From contig JACKFW010000001.1 in the NCBI GenBank assembly GCA_020632265.1, positions 534,846 to 598,845 of the forward strand: DNA of 64,000 bases. The letters are read 5' to 3'. The notes under the pieces are model-generated. The model searched no databases and was not told the DNA's origin. It saw nothing but the letters and a program-made list of their open reading frames with translations. This stretch comes from Pseudomonadales bacterium. GTDB lineage: Bacteria > Patescibacteriota > Microgenomatia > UBA1400 > PJMF01. Position numbers and translations under genes: made by a program. Of the stretch, positions 19,918-29,024 are shown one piece after another; the first letter of the stretch is position 1; each line of letters opens with the position of its first letter.

Positions 19918-20844
19918 CTAATTATGCACTTTTATCTGGTCTATTGTCAATAAACCCGGTTTAGCACCTACTTGTTGAATAACTGATACAGCATTTCTTT
20001 TACCCCACTGACAACATTCTTCAATATTTTTTTTCTTTAAATAAGCAGTGACATAGCCCACGGCAAATGCATCTCCTGCGCCAGTATCATCTAAAGATTC
20101 AACTTCTCCTGATATAAATTCAGTATTTATTTGGCCTTCAACATAAACTTTGCCACCTTTTTTACCATTTGTGACAATTATTTGTTTCACATTGGCAAAA
20201 ATCTCTTGATGATATTTTTCTACTAGTTTCCATTCTTCATAATTAACAAATAGTAGTTCACATGGTATGTCTGAAAAAATAAGTTTATTTTCGTTTATTA
20301 ATGTTAACTCTTTTTTTCCAGGATTCCATGAAATTTTTTTGTTAGCCAATTTGAGAACCGAAAAAATATATTTAAGTGTATTGAGTCTTCCGGAAATACT
20401 AGAAAGGTGAATCCAATCTGCTCTAGAAATTGTTTCTTTTGGAATATCTTCTGGATCTAACATCGCAGAAGCCCCTCTATGAACCATAACAGTCCGACCA
20501 CCATCCTTGCCAACCAAAATTATTGAACCACCAGTTTTTTCTTGTTTTTCACTAATAACAAGATTGGTTGAAACATATTCCTTCTTCAAATCGTCTAAAA
20601 TAATTTTGGCAAAAGTGTCTCTACCAATTTCAGTGATAATTCCAGTTCTATAGCCCATTCGCGAAAAACCAACGGCTGTGTTGCTGCCACCACCACCAGT
20701 TCGCAGTAAATATTCTTCTACATCAATCTTTGATCCATAGGAAAAGCATATCTGAACATTATTTTCTGAATTACTGAAATCAAAATTTTTTGATTTGATA
20801 AAACTATCAATCAAACTTGATCCAATTGTTATAACGTCATACAT
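19918..20844 (-). CDS. PfkB-family carbohydrate or nucleoside kinase (ribokinase-like fold)
   Basis: An N-terminal GG dipeptide region and the C-terminal DTGAGDAFAVGYV anion-hole motif. Confidence 0.8.
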   Translation of the reverse strand: MYDVITIGSSLIDSFIKSKNFDFSNSENNVQICFSYGSKIDVEEYLLRTGGGGSNTAVGFSRMGYRTGIITEIGRDTFAKIILDDLKKEYVSTNLVISEKQEKTGGSIILVGKDGGRTVMVHRGASAMLDPEDIPKETISRADWIHLSSISGRLNTLKYIFSVLKLANKKISWNPGKKELTLINENKLIFSDIPCELLFVNYEEWKLVEKYHQEIFANVKQIIVTNGKKGGKVYVEGQINTEFISGEVESLDDTGAGDAFAVGYVTAYLKKKNIEECCQWGKRNAVSVIQQVGAKPGLLTIDQIKVHN

Positions 20845-20871
20845 AGGCAGTAGTTATTATTCTAATATATT

Positions 20872-21501
20872 TTACGATTCTGATCGATGAGGTAAACCGC
20901 AACGATCATTCAACTCATTTTCAAATTCATTTAGTGCCTGAATAAGTTCTTCTTCATCTTTGACAATTTTATAAATTGACTTTTCTTTTTCACCTACCAT
21001 AAAATGATCAAAAATGACTCTCATCAAATCTTCCCAAAATTCTCCATAAAGAATAATTGGTTTGTGATTACCATAATATAGATGTGCCAGCAACCAAGCT
21101 GTGGCCCATTCACTTAGAGTGCCGGTACCACCCCTAAAACAAATAAATGCATCAGCATTATCCATTAATCCAAACATTCTTTCAACGTAATTTGCAGTTT
21201 TTATTTCTTTGTCCACATTATTTTCAAAGAATCTACCTTCAAACTCAGGCATATCTTTGGGATAAAAAGTTACGGCTAAGGTATCTCCTCCTGCAGACTG
21301 AGCTCCTTTTGTTGCTGCATCCATAACACCCGGACCACCTCCATCAATAACTACTTTGTCATGATAAGCTAAATATCTTGCAACTTTAAATGTTTCTTTA
21401 TAAAGTGGATGAAGTTCATCAACATCAGCGCTACCAAATATCGCTACATTTTTTATTGTACAATGCTGTCGTGGTGAAGGAATCCTTATTTGTGTTTTCA
21501 T
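20872..21501 (-). CDS. LOG-family protein (nucleoside 5'-monophosphate phosphoribohydrolase / Rossmann TIGR00730 type)
   Basis: VIDGGGPGVMDAATKGA and FRGGTGTLSEW correspond to the two LOG signature motifs (GGGxGxM...GA and PGGxGTxEE). Confidence 0.75.
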   Translation of the reverse strand: MKTQIRIPSPRQHCTIKNVAIFGSADVDELHPLYKETFKVARYLAYHDKVVIDGGGPGVMDAATKGAQSAGGDTLAVTFYPKDMPEFEGRFFENNVDKEIKTANYVERMFGLMDNADAFICFRGGTGTLSEWATAWLLAHLYYGNHKPIILYGEFWEDLMRVIFDHFMVGEKEKSIYKIVKDEEELIQALNEFENELNDRCGLPHRSES

Positions 21502-21533
21502 TTTTCAAAAAATGTTTTCTACTAGTTTTTATT

Positions 21534-22190
21534 CTAATCTAAATAGGCGCTATAAGTGCCATCAAAATCTTCTGAGTTCCATAATTCACTGCCAACAGTG
21601 ACTGAATCAACTCCATAACTTTCAATTTCAGAACTGTTATTAAGTTTTACACCACCATCAACCATAACTTCAATATTTAAATTTCTGTCTTGAATCTTAT
21701 TATTTAACTCGCTCACAACATCGAGCGAGGAAAGATGAAATTCTTGGCCTTGAAAACCTGCGCGGACTCCCATTATTTGGATAATATCAATATATTGCCA
21801 TGCATCTTTTTCAATTGCTTCAAGAGGTGTGTGAAGATTTAACGATAATCCAGCAAACCAGCCATTTTTTTTAACTTCCTGAAGAAAATTTACCTGAGAA
21901 GTCATTTGTTCGACCTGACCAATAATTCCTCTTACTGGTAGGAATTCTTTTGCGTCTACAATTTCATATACAAAGTCCATCGGCTCTTGAGTCATCAAAT
22001 GAAAATCAACGTTCAAATTACCAAAATCAATAAAGGTTAAATCTGATGGAAAAACAGTTACATTATCTGCAAAATAGCCATCAATTACATCGAATTGTAT
22101 TGTTTGAACCTGAGAATTATTTCTACATAAATCAACTTGCTCAGAGGCAACTTCAATTTCATCGGTTAAAATACTTGGATATATATTCAT
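21534..22190 (-). CDS. rpe: Ribulose-phosphate 3-epimerase
   Basis: PSIL, FDVIDGYFADN, VDFHLM, GFQGQEF and VDGGVK are collinear with the Rpe motifs PSILSADF, FDVMDGHFVPN, DVHLM, NPGFGGQ and VDGGV. Confidence 0.7.
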   Translation of the reverse strand: MNIYPSILTDEIEVASEQVDLCRNNSQVQTIQFDVIDGYFADNVTVFPSDLTFIDFGNLNVDFHLMTQEPMDFVYEIVDAKEFLPVRGIIGQVEQMTSQVNFLQEVKKNGWFAGLSLNLHTPLEAIEKDAWQYIDIIQIMGVRAGFQGQEFHLSSLDVVSELNNKIQDRNLNIEVMVDGGVKLNNSSEIESYGVDSVTVGSELWNSEDFDGTYSAYLD

Positions 22191-22212
22191 ATGTTTTATT
22201 TACTAAATAATA

Positions 22213-22749
22213 TTAATTTTCGTAACTTGAAATTTCTGCAATTCTTCTAATATGCCTTTGAGACTGCGAAAAAGATGTTGCTAAAAATGAACGTAGAATT
22301 TGCTTTTGTTCATTTTCATTTGTCCAATCAGCGGGAATTGATATTACATTCACATTATTATTTTCTTTTGCATGTATTGCACTTCTTATATCATAAGCAA
22401 CCTCCGCTCTGATACCTTTTACTTTATTGGCAGCAATAACCATCCCACCACCAGAGCGACAAGCTAAAATTCCTAGTGAGTTCTCGAGTGAAGCAACTTT
22501 TTTAGCGACCGCAAAAGCATACTTCGGATAATCATCATCAGGATCTAACTCACTAGCTCCCAAATCTTCAAACTCATAAGCCCATTCATTAAGCCAACCT
22601 TTTATTTTTTCTTTCAATTCAAAACCGCCGTGATCCGATCCAAGAAAAATTTTTTTATATGAATTGTCTAAAGAATTATTTAATGAATTGTGCAAATATT
22701 TGGTCGTAGAATTATTCATAAACCCTATCATTTTGATATTTATATTCAA
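22213..22749 (-). CDS. rpiB: Ribose-5-phosphate isomerase B (RpiB/LacAB family)
   Basis: The LGSDHGGFELKE motif, an N-terminal extension, and size consistent with RpiB. Confidence 0.85.
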   Translation of the reverse strand: MNINIKMIGFMNNSTTKYLHNSLNNSLDNSYKKIFLGSDHGGFELKEKIKGWLNEWAYEFEDLGASELDPDDDYPKYAFAVAKKVASLENSLGILACRSGGGMVIAANKVKGIRAEVAYDIRSAIHAKENNNVNVISIPADWTNENEQKQILRSFLATSFSQSQRHIRRIAEISSYEN

Positions 22750-22860
22750 ACTACTAATTTTTTAATTAATTGTGCAGATTGCTGTTTATAAAGAACAACA
22801 ATTATGACTCAAATTTCGAAACTCAAATCTTCTCTAGAGTCTGATTTCAGTGCTGGTTTG

Positions 22861-22957
22861 AAATCAATTTCACAGTGCTAATTTGAGATCAATTTCACAA
22901 CGCTAATTTGAGATCAATTTCACAACGCTAATTTGAAATCAATTTCACAGCGCTAAT
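22861..22957. repeat. Tandem direct repeat of about 25 bp (ATCAATTTCACAACGCTAATTTGAG) x about 4, flanked by near-identical CTAGAGTC(T/C)GAT(T/C)TCAG segments
   Basis: Read directly. Units differ at 1-2 positions and there are no unique spacers. Confidence 0.85.
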
Positions 22958-22959
22958 AT

Positions 22960-23292
22960 CTAGAGTCCGATCTCAGCACGAGCCTCTTCAGTCATCATAT
23001 CAGTTATCCAAGGTGGATCAAAGGTAAGTTCAACCTCAACATCTTTCTGAGCATCAACTCCTTCAATTTCTGAAAGTGAGTCTCTGACCATTTTATCAAA
23101 AACTCCAATTAATGGACAACCTGGAGTAGTAAGGGTCATGAGAATATGAATTTTATCTCTTTCTCCAGATTCAAGCTGAACTTTTCCAATTGTAACGTCA
23201 TAGATAAGTCCCATGCTAACAATATCTATATTTAGTTCAGGATCAATAACAGTTGAAAGACACTTGTAAATATTTTTTGTTGTTAAATCCAT
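22960..23292 (-). CDS. sufT: DUF59/MIP18-family Fe-S cluster assembly protein (SufT-like)
   Basis: N-terminal VIDPELNIDIVSMGLIYD and the conserved TPGCP motif of the DUF59 family. Confidence 0.7.
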   Translation of the reverse strand: MDLTTKNIYKCLSTVIDPELNIDIVSMGLIYDVTIGKVQLESGERDKIHILMTLTTPGCPLIGVFDKMVRDSLSEIEGVDAQKDVEVELTFDPPWITDMMTEEARAEIGL

Positions 23293-23396
23293 ATGTTGTG
23301 GTTAATAAATTTATTATGTGCAATAAACTTTTTATGACTAATAAACTTTTTGTTTGAATATAATAATTTAGATATTAAAGAATAGCAACTCACAAC

Positions 23397-23437
23397 AAAA
23401 AGCCCCTCGAGAATTTCTCGAGGGGCTTTCATTTTTA
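23397..23437. terminator. Bidirectional rho-independent terminator (GC-rich 11-bp stem AGCCCCTCGAG / CTCGAGGGGCT flanked by A-run and T-run)
   Basis: Perfect hairpin with AAAA before and TTTCATTTTT after. It serves the minus-strand small gene 23452..23667 and any plus-strand readthrough. It also lies inside, and so argues against, the 74-aa ORF 23283..23507. Confidence 0.8.
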
Positions 23438-23451
23438 ATCTTATAGAGAGA

Positions 23452-23667
23452 TTATTTTGACCTCTTAAGAACAGGCATATTTGTTCTCTTTGTTTCCATG
23501 ACTTCATAGCCAGCTGGAACTGCGCCTAATGCTTCTGGTCTAACATCTCTTGCGAAATAGTAGATTCTTTGAACTCTACCATTTTTAAGAGTTACCTCTT
23601 TGGTGTGCAAGTAATATACTTGACCCTTTGCATTTGTGTAGCTGAATGCTTTTGGTGCATCTGCCAT
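23452..23667 (-). CDS. Small basic conserved-looking protein (71 aa), unknown function
   Basis: Clean ORF with locally elevated GC, followed immediately by a strong intrinsic terminator. Sequence MADAPKAFSYTNAKGQVYYLHTKEVTLKNGRVQRIYYFARD... Confidence 0.5.
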   Translation of the reverse strand: MADAPKAFSYTNAKGQVYYLHTKEVTLKNGRVQRIYYFARDVRPEALGAVPAGYEVMETKRTNMPVLKRSK

Positions 23668-23832
23668 AGTTACTCCTTTTCTTGCCTTATTAATAGAAGG
23701 CTATTTTATTTTCTTTATACTAAGCCGACAACATTTATATATTATATTGATGCTTCGTTAATATGTTAAAGTTTTATTACTAGATTAAGCTTATCACACT
23801 CGGCGAAGTCATCAAGAAGCAAATTTAAAATA

Positions 23833-24408
23833 TTACTCTGCTTCCATTTCAACTGAATCTTCAGCTGAAATTACTCCTCTAAGAATAATGTTTTTTAGAA
23901 CATCCGATGCTTCTACTTCTTGGCTAACAATTACTTCAAATGGCAATAACTCTTCTGGTAATGATGCCGAACCGACATAACCACCTTTTCCTGAAACTAA
24001 AGAGAACACCTCTCTCATTGCAGTCCCATCAACCTCTTTTAGCCAAACATTATAATCTAAATCAGATTCTGGAAGATTGGCTACAACTGAAAAACGAACT
24101 TTTCCATCCTTAATTTCATATCTAATCACACCTTCTGAATCAACTATCATACTGTTTTCTTCAGAAATGTCTGAATCATCCATTTTTTCTGATTCTTGAG
24201 AACTAGACACTAGGTCAACAACTTTATAATCTCCAACTCCATTGACTGAATTTACCAACTCTTCTTCACTTAAGTTTTCAATTTCTACTCCTTCGGCGAA
24301 CATATCTTGCTCTAAACGTTGAGTTCGCATGTTATACCACCTAAAAACTAGGAGAAAAACAACACTTAAAACAACAAGTGGAAATATATACGGCGTGTAC
24401 TTTTTCAT
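23833..24408 (-). CDS. N-terminally membrane-anchored acidic protein, unknown function
   Basis: A single N-terminal TM helix, then a highly acidic extracytoplasmic region. Confidence 0.5.
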   Translation of the reverse strand: MKKYTPYIFPLVVLSVVFLLVFRWYNMRTQRLEQDMFAEGVEIENLSEEELVNSVNGVGDYKVVDLVSSSQESEKMDDSDISEENSMIVDSEGVIRYEIKDGKVRFSVVANLPESDLDYNVWLKEVDGTAMREVFSLVSGKGGYVGSASLPEELLPFEVIVSQEVEASDVLKNIILRGVISAEDSVEMEAE

Positions 24409-24444
24409 AATCTACCCTTCAATCCAGCCTTATAAGGCTAAAAT

Positions 24445-25206
24445 TTACTCATTACTAACTAATAATGACTCTACTGTTGTGTACAACTGAGGGGCAGATA
24501 CTTTAATTCCGTTAACATAAAAAGTTGGTGTTGAATTGACCCCCAGCTGATTGCCTACATTTGAGTCATTTGTTACCATTTCTATTACAGAATTATCTTC
24601 TATTCTCTCTAGGAATTGAGTTCTGTCAATATCCAACTTTTCTGCATATGTAACAAATGTGTCAGTTAATTCATCACGATCAGTGATACCTGACCATGTT
24701 TCTTGATTCTCAAAAAGAAGGTCGTGCATACCCCAAAATTTATCCCTATTTATTGAGGAAACAGCTTCGGCTGCAATTGCAGCTTTTCTAGCATTTGGAT
24801 GAATAGAATCAAGTGGAAAATAACGAAAAATTAACCTAACTTTTCCTGGAAAAGCATCAATAATTGACATTGCTACAGGAGCAGCATTTTTACATGCCGG
24901 ACACTGAAAATCTGAGAATTCAACAATTGTAACTACTTCTGAGTCAGGAATTAATTCACTTGATTCCGATGCCATTTGAGCAAGATTATTATTGGAATCT
25001 TGTACATTTAATTCTGAAGAGATTTCTAAATCTTGAGGATCAGAAAAAATAATTGAATTCCTTGCATCTCCAATTACAAGTGCAGAGTCAACTACTACTT
25101 GACCATCTTGAGCCGAATTAGAACTACCAGAAAACATGAAAGCAACTACCACAATTAGTAACAATGTTCCTACAATTGTAGCTATTAAGAGTGGAATGTT
25201 TTTCAT
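24445..25206 (-). CDS. Membrane-anchored thioredoxin-fold thiol:disulfide oxidoreductase (DsbA/BdbD-like)
   Basis: N-terminal TM anchor and CxxC active site in FSDFQCPACKNAAP. DsbA-like length and pattern (cis-Pro region VNSTPTFYVNG). Confidence 0.7.
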   Translation of the reverse strand: MKNIPLLIATIVGTLLLIVVVAFMFSGSSNSAQDGQVVVDSALVIGDARNSIIFSDPQDLEISSELNVQDSNNNLAQMASESSELIPDSEVVTIVEFSDFQCPACKNAAPVAMSIIDAFPGKVRLIFRYFPLDSIHPNARKAAIAAEAVSSINRDKFWGMHDLLFENQETWSGITDRDELTDTFVTYAEKLDIDRTQFLERIEDNSVIEMVTNDSNVGNQLGVNSTPTFYVNGIKVSAPQLYTTVESLLVSNE

Positions 25207-25319
25207 ATGGGTAATAGCATACCATATTTACTCAAGATGCAAAGAGCAATAGATCTGAAGTATATAACAACCTTGAATTTATAATCAAAAAAAAATATTA
25301 CATCAAATTTTGTCTGATC

Positions 25320-25592
25320 TTAACTTTTTGGCCAAACCTGCTCACCTGTCTCAGTATCAGTTACAATAATCGCATTAGTTGGACAACTTTGAGCAGCAAG
25401 CAATTTCTCCTCATCACTATTGCCATCTTGAGAAACTACAATTGCAATTCCCTCTTCATCCAATTCAAAAATTTTAGGTGCAATAGCTTCACAACTACCA
25501 GCACTAATACATTTATCTCTAATTACTTCTACCTTATATTTACCAATTTTTTTCTCTTGAACTACTGGCATATCATTTGTATCATCTGACAT
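25320..25592 (-). CDS. Small single-cluster [3Fe-4S]/[4Fe-4S] ferredoxin
   Basis: DKCISAGSCEAIAP ... AAQSCPTNAI cysteine pattern (CxxxxxC...CP) typical of mono-cluster ferredoxins. 90 aa. Confidence 0.7.
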   Translation of the reverse strand: MSDDTNDMPVVQEKKIGKYKVEVIRDKCISAGSCEAIAPKIFELDEEGIAIVVSQDGNSDEEKLLAAQSCPTNAIIVTDTETGEQVWPKS

Positions 25593-25619
25593 ATTGTTTC
25601 TCCTTAAAAAATTTATAAT

Positions 25620-26333
25620 TTAATTGAACTTTTCAAAATGAATATCTTCTTTGGATACTCCACGCTCTTGAATTAAAGCATTCACATCATCTATCATTTT
25701 TGCACTACCACAAAGATAATATCCTCCCTTAATTGGAACATCGTGAACTTGTAAACAATCAGTAACTCTACCTTTACACAATGGCCATTCTTCTATTGCC
25801 CTAGAAATGACTGGATGAAACTTGAAGTTTTCGTAATTTTCTACTAAATCTTGAAATTCATTTTCCCAAAATAAGTCTTCAACATATCTCAATCCCCAAT
25901 ATAATGTGATAGGACGCTTCTCTCCAACATCTTGCAGTAAATTTAAAATCATAGATCTAAATGGAGCAATCCCAGAACCTGTTGCCACAAACACCAATTC
26001 CTCACAATCATCTCCGTGAATTAAAGTAAATCTACCCAAAGGACCAAGAACATCGACCTCTTCACCGAATTTTAAATTCCTTAAAAAATTACTTCCAACA
26101 CCATCTGGTAAATGCTCAATTAGCAACTCAAAACTATGCTTTGTGTCAGAATTACTACATATAGAATATGATCTTCTATCTCCATGTTCGTCTACGGTTA
26201 TAGAAACATATTGTCCTGATTCAAATTCCATCTCATTAGGATGATCAAGTTCAAAAACGTATTTGGTAAATTTCTCATTAAAGTCTGTTTTATCTGTTAA
26301 TTTTGCGATAAATCTTTGTGGCTTCATAGACAT
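25620..26333 (-). CDS. Ferredoxin-NADP+ reductase-type FAD/NAD(P)-binding oxidoreductase (FNR-like, no Fe-S domain)
   Basis: FAD-binding RSYS motif (RRSYSICS) and NAD(P)-binding GSGIAPFRS with a C-terminal CGS motif (YLCGSAKM). Confidence 0.75.
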   Translation of the reverse strand: MSMKPQRFIAKLTDKTDFNEKFTKYVFELDHPNEMEFESGQYVSITVDEHGDRRSYSICSNSDTKHSFELLIEHLPDGVGSNFLRNLKFGEEVDVLGPLGRFTLIHGDDCEELVFVATGSGIAPFRSMILNLLQDVGEKRPITLYWGLRYVEDLFWENEFQDLVENYENFKFHPVISRAIEEWPLCKGRVTDCLQVHDVPIKGGYYLCGSAKMIDDVNALIQERGVSKEDIHFEKFN

Positions 26334-26342
26334 ATACTCCGA

Positions 26343-26918
26343 TTAATATTTAATATTATTCATCCAATTTCTACCATACCATAGTCCTAGTGCTAATTTG
26401 ATAATACCTTGATATTCCTCAGTTCTATCCACAAATCCTTGAGTAACAACACCTATCATACCTTGTTTTTTACGAACATCTGCCTCGCCAACAAGTTGAG
26501 CAATTATTGGACCCATTTCTCCGCCAGATCTAATCTTTTCTGCTACTACATCAGGAACCATAAATCTTGCTCCGTTGGCAAACTCCATAAATCCAGTTTT
26601 ATCAATCACGGCTGCCCAAACAGTAGACCACATCTGACCTTCCTCATCATCAAAAATTCCACCCTCCAAACCAACTCCCAAAATTTGATCATCTTTAAAA
26701 CTGAATCCATCTACTTCATATTTCTTCAATGCCTCATTCAAAGTTGCTTTAGCTCTATTTATCGCACCTGTTTTGGTAATTTTATCTCCAATTGGTTGCT
26801 CAGGAATATCACTTTTAACATCAAAACCCTCAACAATAACATCTGGCCAAGTCTCAATTGAAGCATTAAGGACTGAGTTAATTTTGACTGGGTTATGTGA
26901 ACCTACAAAAATATGCAT
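26343..26918 (-). CDS. Non-canonical purine NTP phosphatase (inosine/xanthosine triphosphatase, YjjX/DUF84 family)
   Basis: Collinear with E. coli YjjX. Start MHIFVGSxNPVKI matches MHQVVCATTNPAKI, and SDIPEQPIGDKITKTGAINRA matches [21 protein letters not shown]. Confidence 0.7.
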   Translation of the reverse strand: MHIFVGSHNPVKINSVLNASIETWPDVIVEGFDVKSDIPEQPIGDKITKTGAINRAKATLNEALKKYEVDGFSFKDDQILGVGLEGGIFDDEEGQMWSTVWAAVIDKTGFMEFANGARFMVPDVVAEKIRSGGEMGPIIAQLVGEADVRKKQGMIGVVTQGFVDRTEEYQGIIKLALGLWYGRNWMNNIKY

Positions 26919-27035
26919 AATAGGTGAAGTGTAACAAATCTGGAATTAAATGGGAATACTTATACATCTTTTTATAATAATTAATATATTTTAAAAATAT
27001 ACTTTAAAAATATATTTAAAAAATATACTTTAGAC

Positions 27036-27419
27036 TTATTTTGCTTCAAGTTTATTCAATAGTTTCCTTACAGCAGTCAATCCTAACAACAAACACTTGA
27101 TTCTACCAACTGAAATTTTATCTAAACCTAAATCTTGTAAGATTTCTTTTTGAGATAATTGCTGAATTTTGACAATTTCTGATCCTATAATTCTTTGAGA
27201 TAAAACGCTCATAGATGCTTGTGAAATCACACAGCCCTGACCCTTCCACTTAATGTCTTGAATCTTTTTTTTATCTTTAGACAATTTTACAGAAACAGTA
27301 ATAACGTCACCACAACTTGCGTTATAATTAGTTGATACAAAATCAGGAGTTTCCAAATCCCCAAAATTATTTGGGTTTCTGGCTTCATCCAACAGATCTA
27401 AATGATAAATATCGTTCAT
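27036..27419 (-). CDS. sufU: SUF-system sulfur-transfer/scaffold protein SufU (IscU/NifU-like)
   Basis: Three conserved Cys contexts: ASCGDVITV, GQGCVISQAS and RIKCLLLG. Confidence 0.85.
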   Translation of the reverse strand: MNDIYHLDLLDEARNPNNFGDLETPDFVSTNYNASCGDVITVSVKLSKDKKKIQDIKWKGQGCVISQASMSVLSQRIIGSEIVKIQQLSQKEILQDLGLDKISVGRIKCLLLGLTAVRKLLNKLEAK

Positions 27420-27424
27420 AAAAT

Positions 27425-28666
27425 TTAAAGTAAAATTTCGGCAACTTTTTCCAAACCCCTTGCTAATAAATCAACATCATCCTTGGAATTATAAATTTGA
27501 AAACTTGCTCTCGTGGTAGCTACCCAATTTTGAGAAGTGTGCAGAGGCATCGTGCAGTGATGTCCAGATCTGACGGCAATACCTTGACTATCCAAGACTT
27601 GAGCAACATCATGGGCGTGTACTCCTTGATAAAGAAATGCCACCGAACCAACCCTAGTTTCATCTTTTGGTCCCACAATTTCAATATTTTTAATTTTTGC
27701 CAACTTTTTAAGTGCATAAGCCACTAATTGCGAATCATGCTTATGAACATTCTCCATACCTAATTGACTCAGGTATCTAGACGCCTCAGCTAAACCAACA
27801 ATTGAAGCAACGTCTGGAGTTCCTGGAGTAAATCGCTCACTTAGATCATCCTGAAAATTTGTATGCGATTCATGCACCTGCGCAATCATACCTCCACCAA
27901 ATAACCATGGTCTCATTTCCCCAGTTTTTAAAATATTTTCTCGAACTAATAGACCTCCAATACCCATTGGACCCAACATTTTATGACCAGAGAACACAAA
28001 AAAATCTACATTCATTTTTTCAAAATTTATGGGCAAATGAGGTGCAGACTGTGCTCCATCAACCAAAATTCTAGATTTTGGTGTAAACTTTTGCACTTTT
28101 TGTACCAACTTTTTTAAATCTAGCTTGCTACCTAAAGCATTCGAGACGTGTGGAACTGCCACTAATTTCAATTTATGACCAAATTTCTGAAGTTTTTCAT
28201 CAAAATCATTAAAATCAAACTTACCATCTTTAGTAATTTTTATAAACACCAAATTAGCCTTCTTTCTTTTACAAAGTTCCTGCCAAACCACAATGTTAGA
28301 ATGATGATCTAAAATTGAAACTAAGATAAGATCGTCAGCAACTATATTTTGCTCACCCCAACCATAGGCCAAGCCATTAATTGCTTCGGTAGTATTTCTG
28401 ACAAAAATTACTTCGTCATTTTTAGCACCTAAAAAATTTGCGATAGTCGTCTTTGAAGTTTCAAATAAATTAGTACTTTCATCAGATAAAGTATGCACTC
28501 CTCGATGTACATTAGCATTACAATACGAATAGTAATTGGAAATTGCATCAATCACGCTTTGAGGCTTCTGACTTGTGGCGGCATTATCAAGATAAACTAA
28601 CTTTTTATGATTAATTTCGCGCGACAAAATTGGAAAATCTTTTTTTATAGCATGAACATCTAACAT
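27425..28666 (-). CDS. sufS: Cysteine desulfurase SufS (class V aminotransferase). The ORF is open to 28741, but the likely start is Met26 (MLDVHAIKKDFPIL).
   Basis: The PLP-Lys motif SGHKMLGPMGIGGL and the active-site Cys loop RSGHHCTMPL. The N-terminus aligns with the canonical SufS start from MLDV. Confidence 0.9.
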   Translation of the reverse strand: MLDVHAIKKDFPILSREINHKKLVYLDNAATSQKPQSVIDAISNYYSYCNANVHRGVHTLSDESTNLFETSKTTIANFLGAKNDEVIFVRNTTEAINGLAYGWGEQNIVADDLILVSILDHHSNIVVWQELCKRKKANLVFIKITKDGKFDFNDFDEKLQKFGHKLKLVAVPHVSNALGSKLDLKKLVQKVQKFTPKSRILVDGAQSAPHLPINFEKMNVDFFVFSGHKMLGPMGIGGLLVRENILKTGEMRPWLFGGGMIAQVHESHTNFQDDLSERFTPGTPDVASIVGLAEASRYLSQLGMENVHKHDSQLVAYALKKLAKIKNIEIVGPKDETRVGSVAFLYQGVHAHDVAQVLDSQGIAVRSGHHCTMPLHTSQNWVATTRASFQIYNSKDDVDLLARGLEKVAEILL

Positions 28667-28780
28667 AGAGATATATTGTAACATCTGGTTGTAAATTGTA
28701 ATATCTGGAGAAGGAAATTGTAATATCTGAGTGCAATACAATTATAAATCAATTTTTAATCCTATAATTATTGACTATAA

Positions 28781-29008
28781 ATGTTATTTAGTGCTATAAT
28801 TCCCAATCTTTTTGTAAAATTACAGACTCAACTTGTATTCAAATATAAAATTCAAATGGCAAACAAATTAAAAGAATCAGCGAAAAATATTTTGGGACTT
28901 AACTCAAGCGGTCCATTATTACAACGAACTGATTATGAGAATTTAATTAGTCTTTCAGATGCTACAAAAGAAGATCATGAACTAGCAATGAAAAACAACA
29001 AAGGTTAG
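28781..29008 (+). CDS. Small hypothetical protein (50-75 aa), convergent with sufS
   Basis: ORF only, no motifs. It may start at the internal Met (MANKLKESAK...). Confidence 0.3.
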   Translation: MLFSAIIPNLFVKLQTQLVFKYKIQMANKLKESAKNILGLNSSGPLLQRTDYENLISLSDATKEDHELAMKNNKG

Positions 29009-29024
29009 GATCGCTTTTGAAAAC

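Noticed and set aside
22861-22957. Possible CRISPR array (also 36990-37074 and 16431-16480)
   Set aside because: Repeat units are directly contiguous or separated by 0-1 nt with no unique spacers. No cas genes are present anywhere in the window. These are simple tandem repeats.
23283-23507. 74-aa minus-strand ORF between the sufT-like gene and the small basic protein
   Set aside because: It overlaps the 3' end of the 23452..23667 gene and contains the strong bidirectional terminator hairpin within its body. It has a low-complexity N-rich sequence and is most likely spurious.
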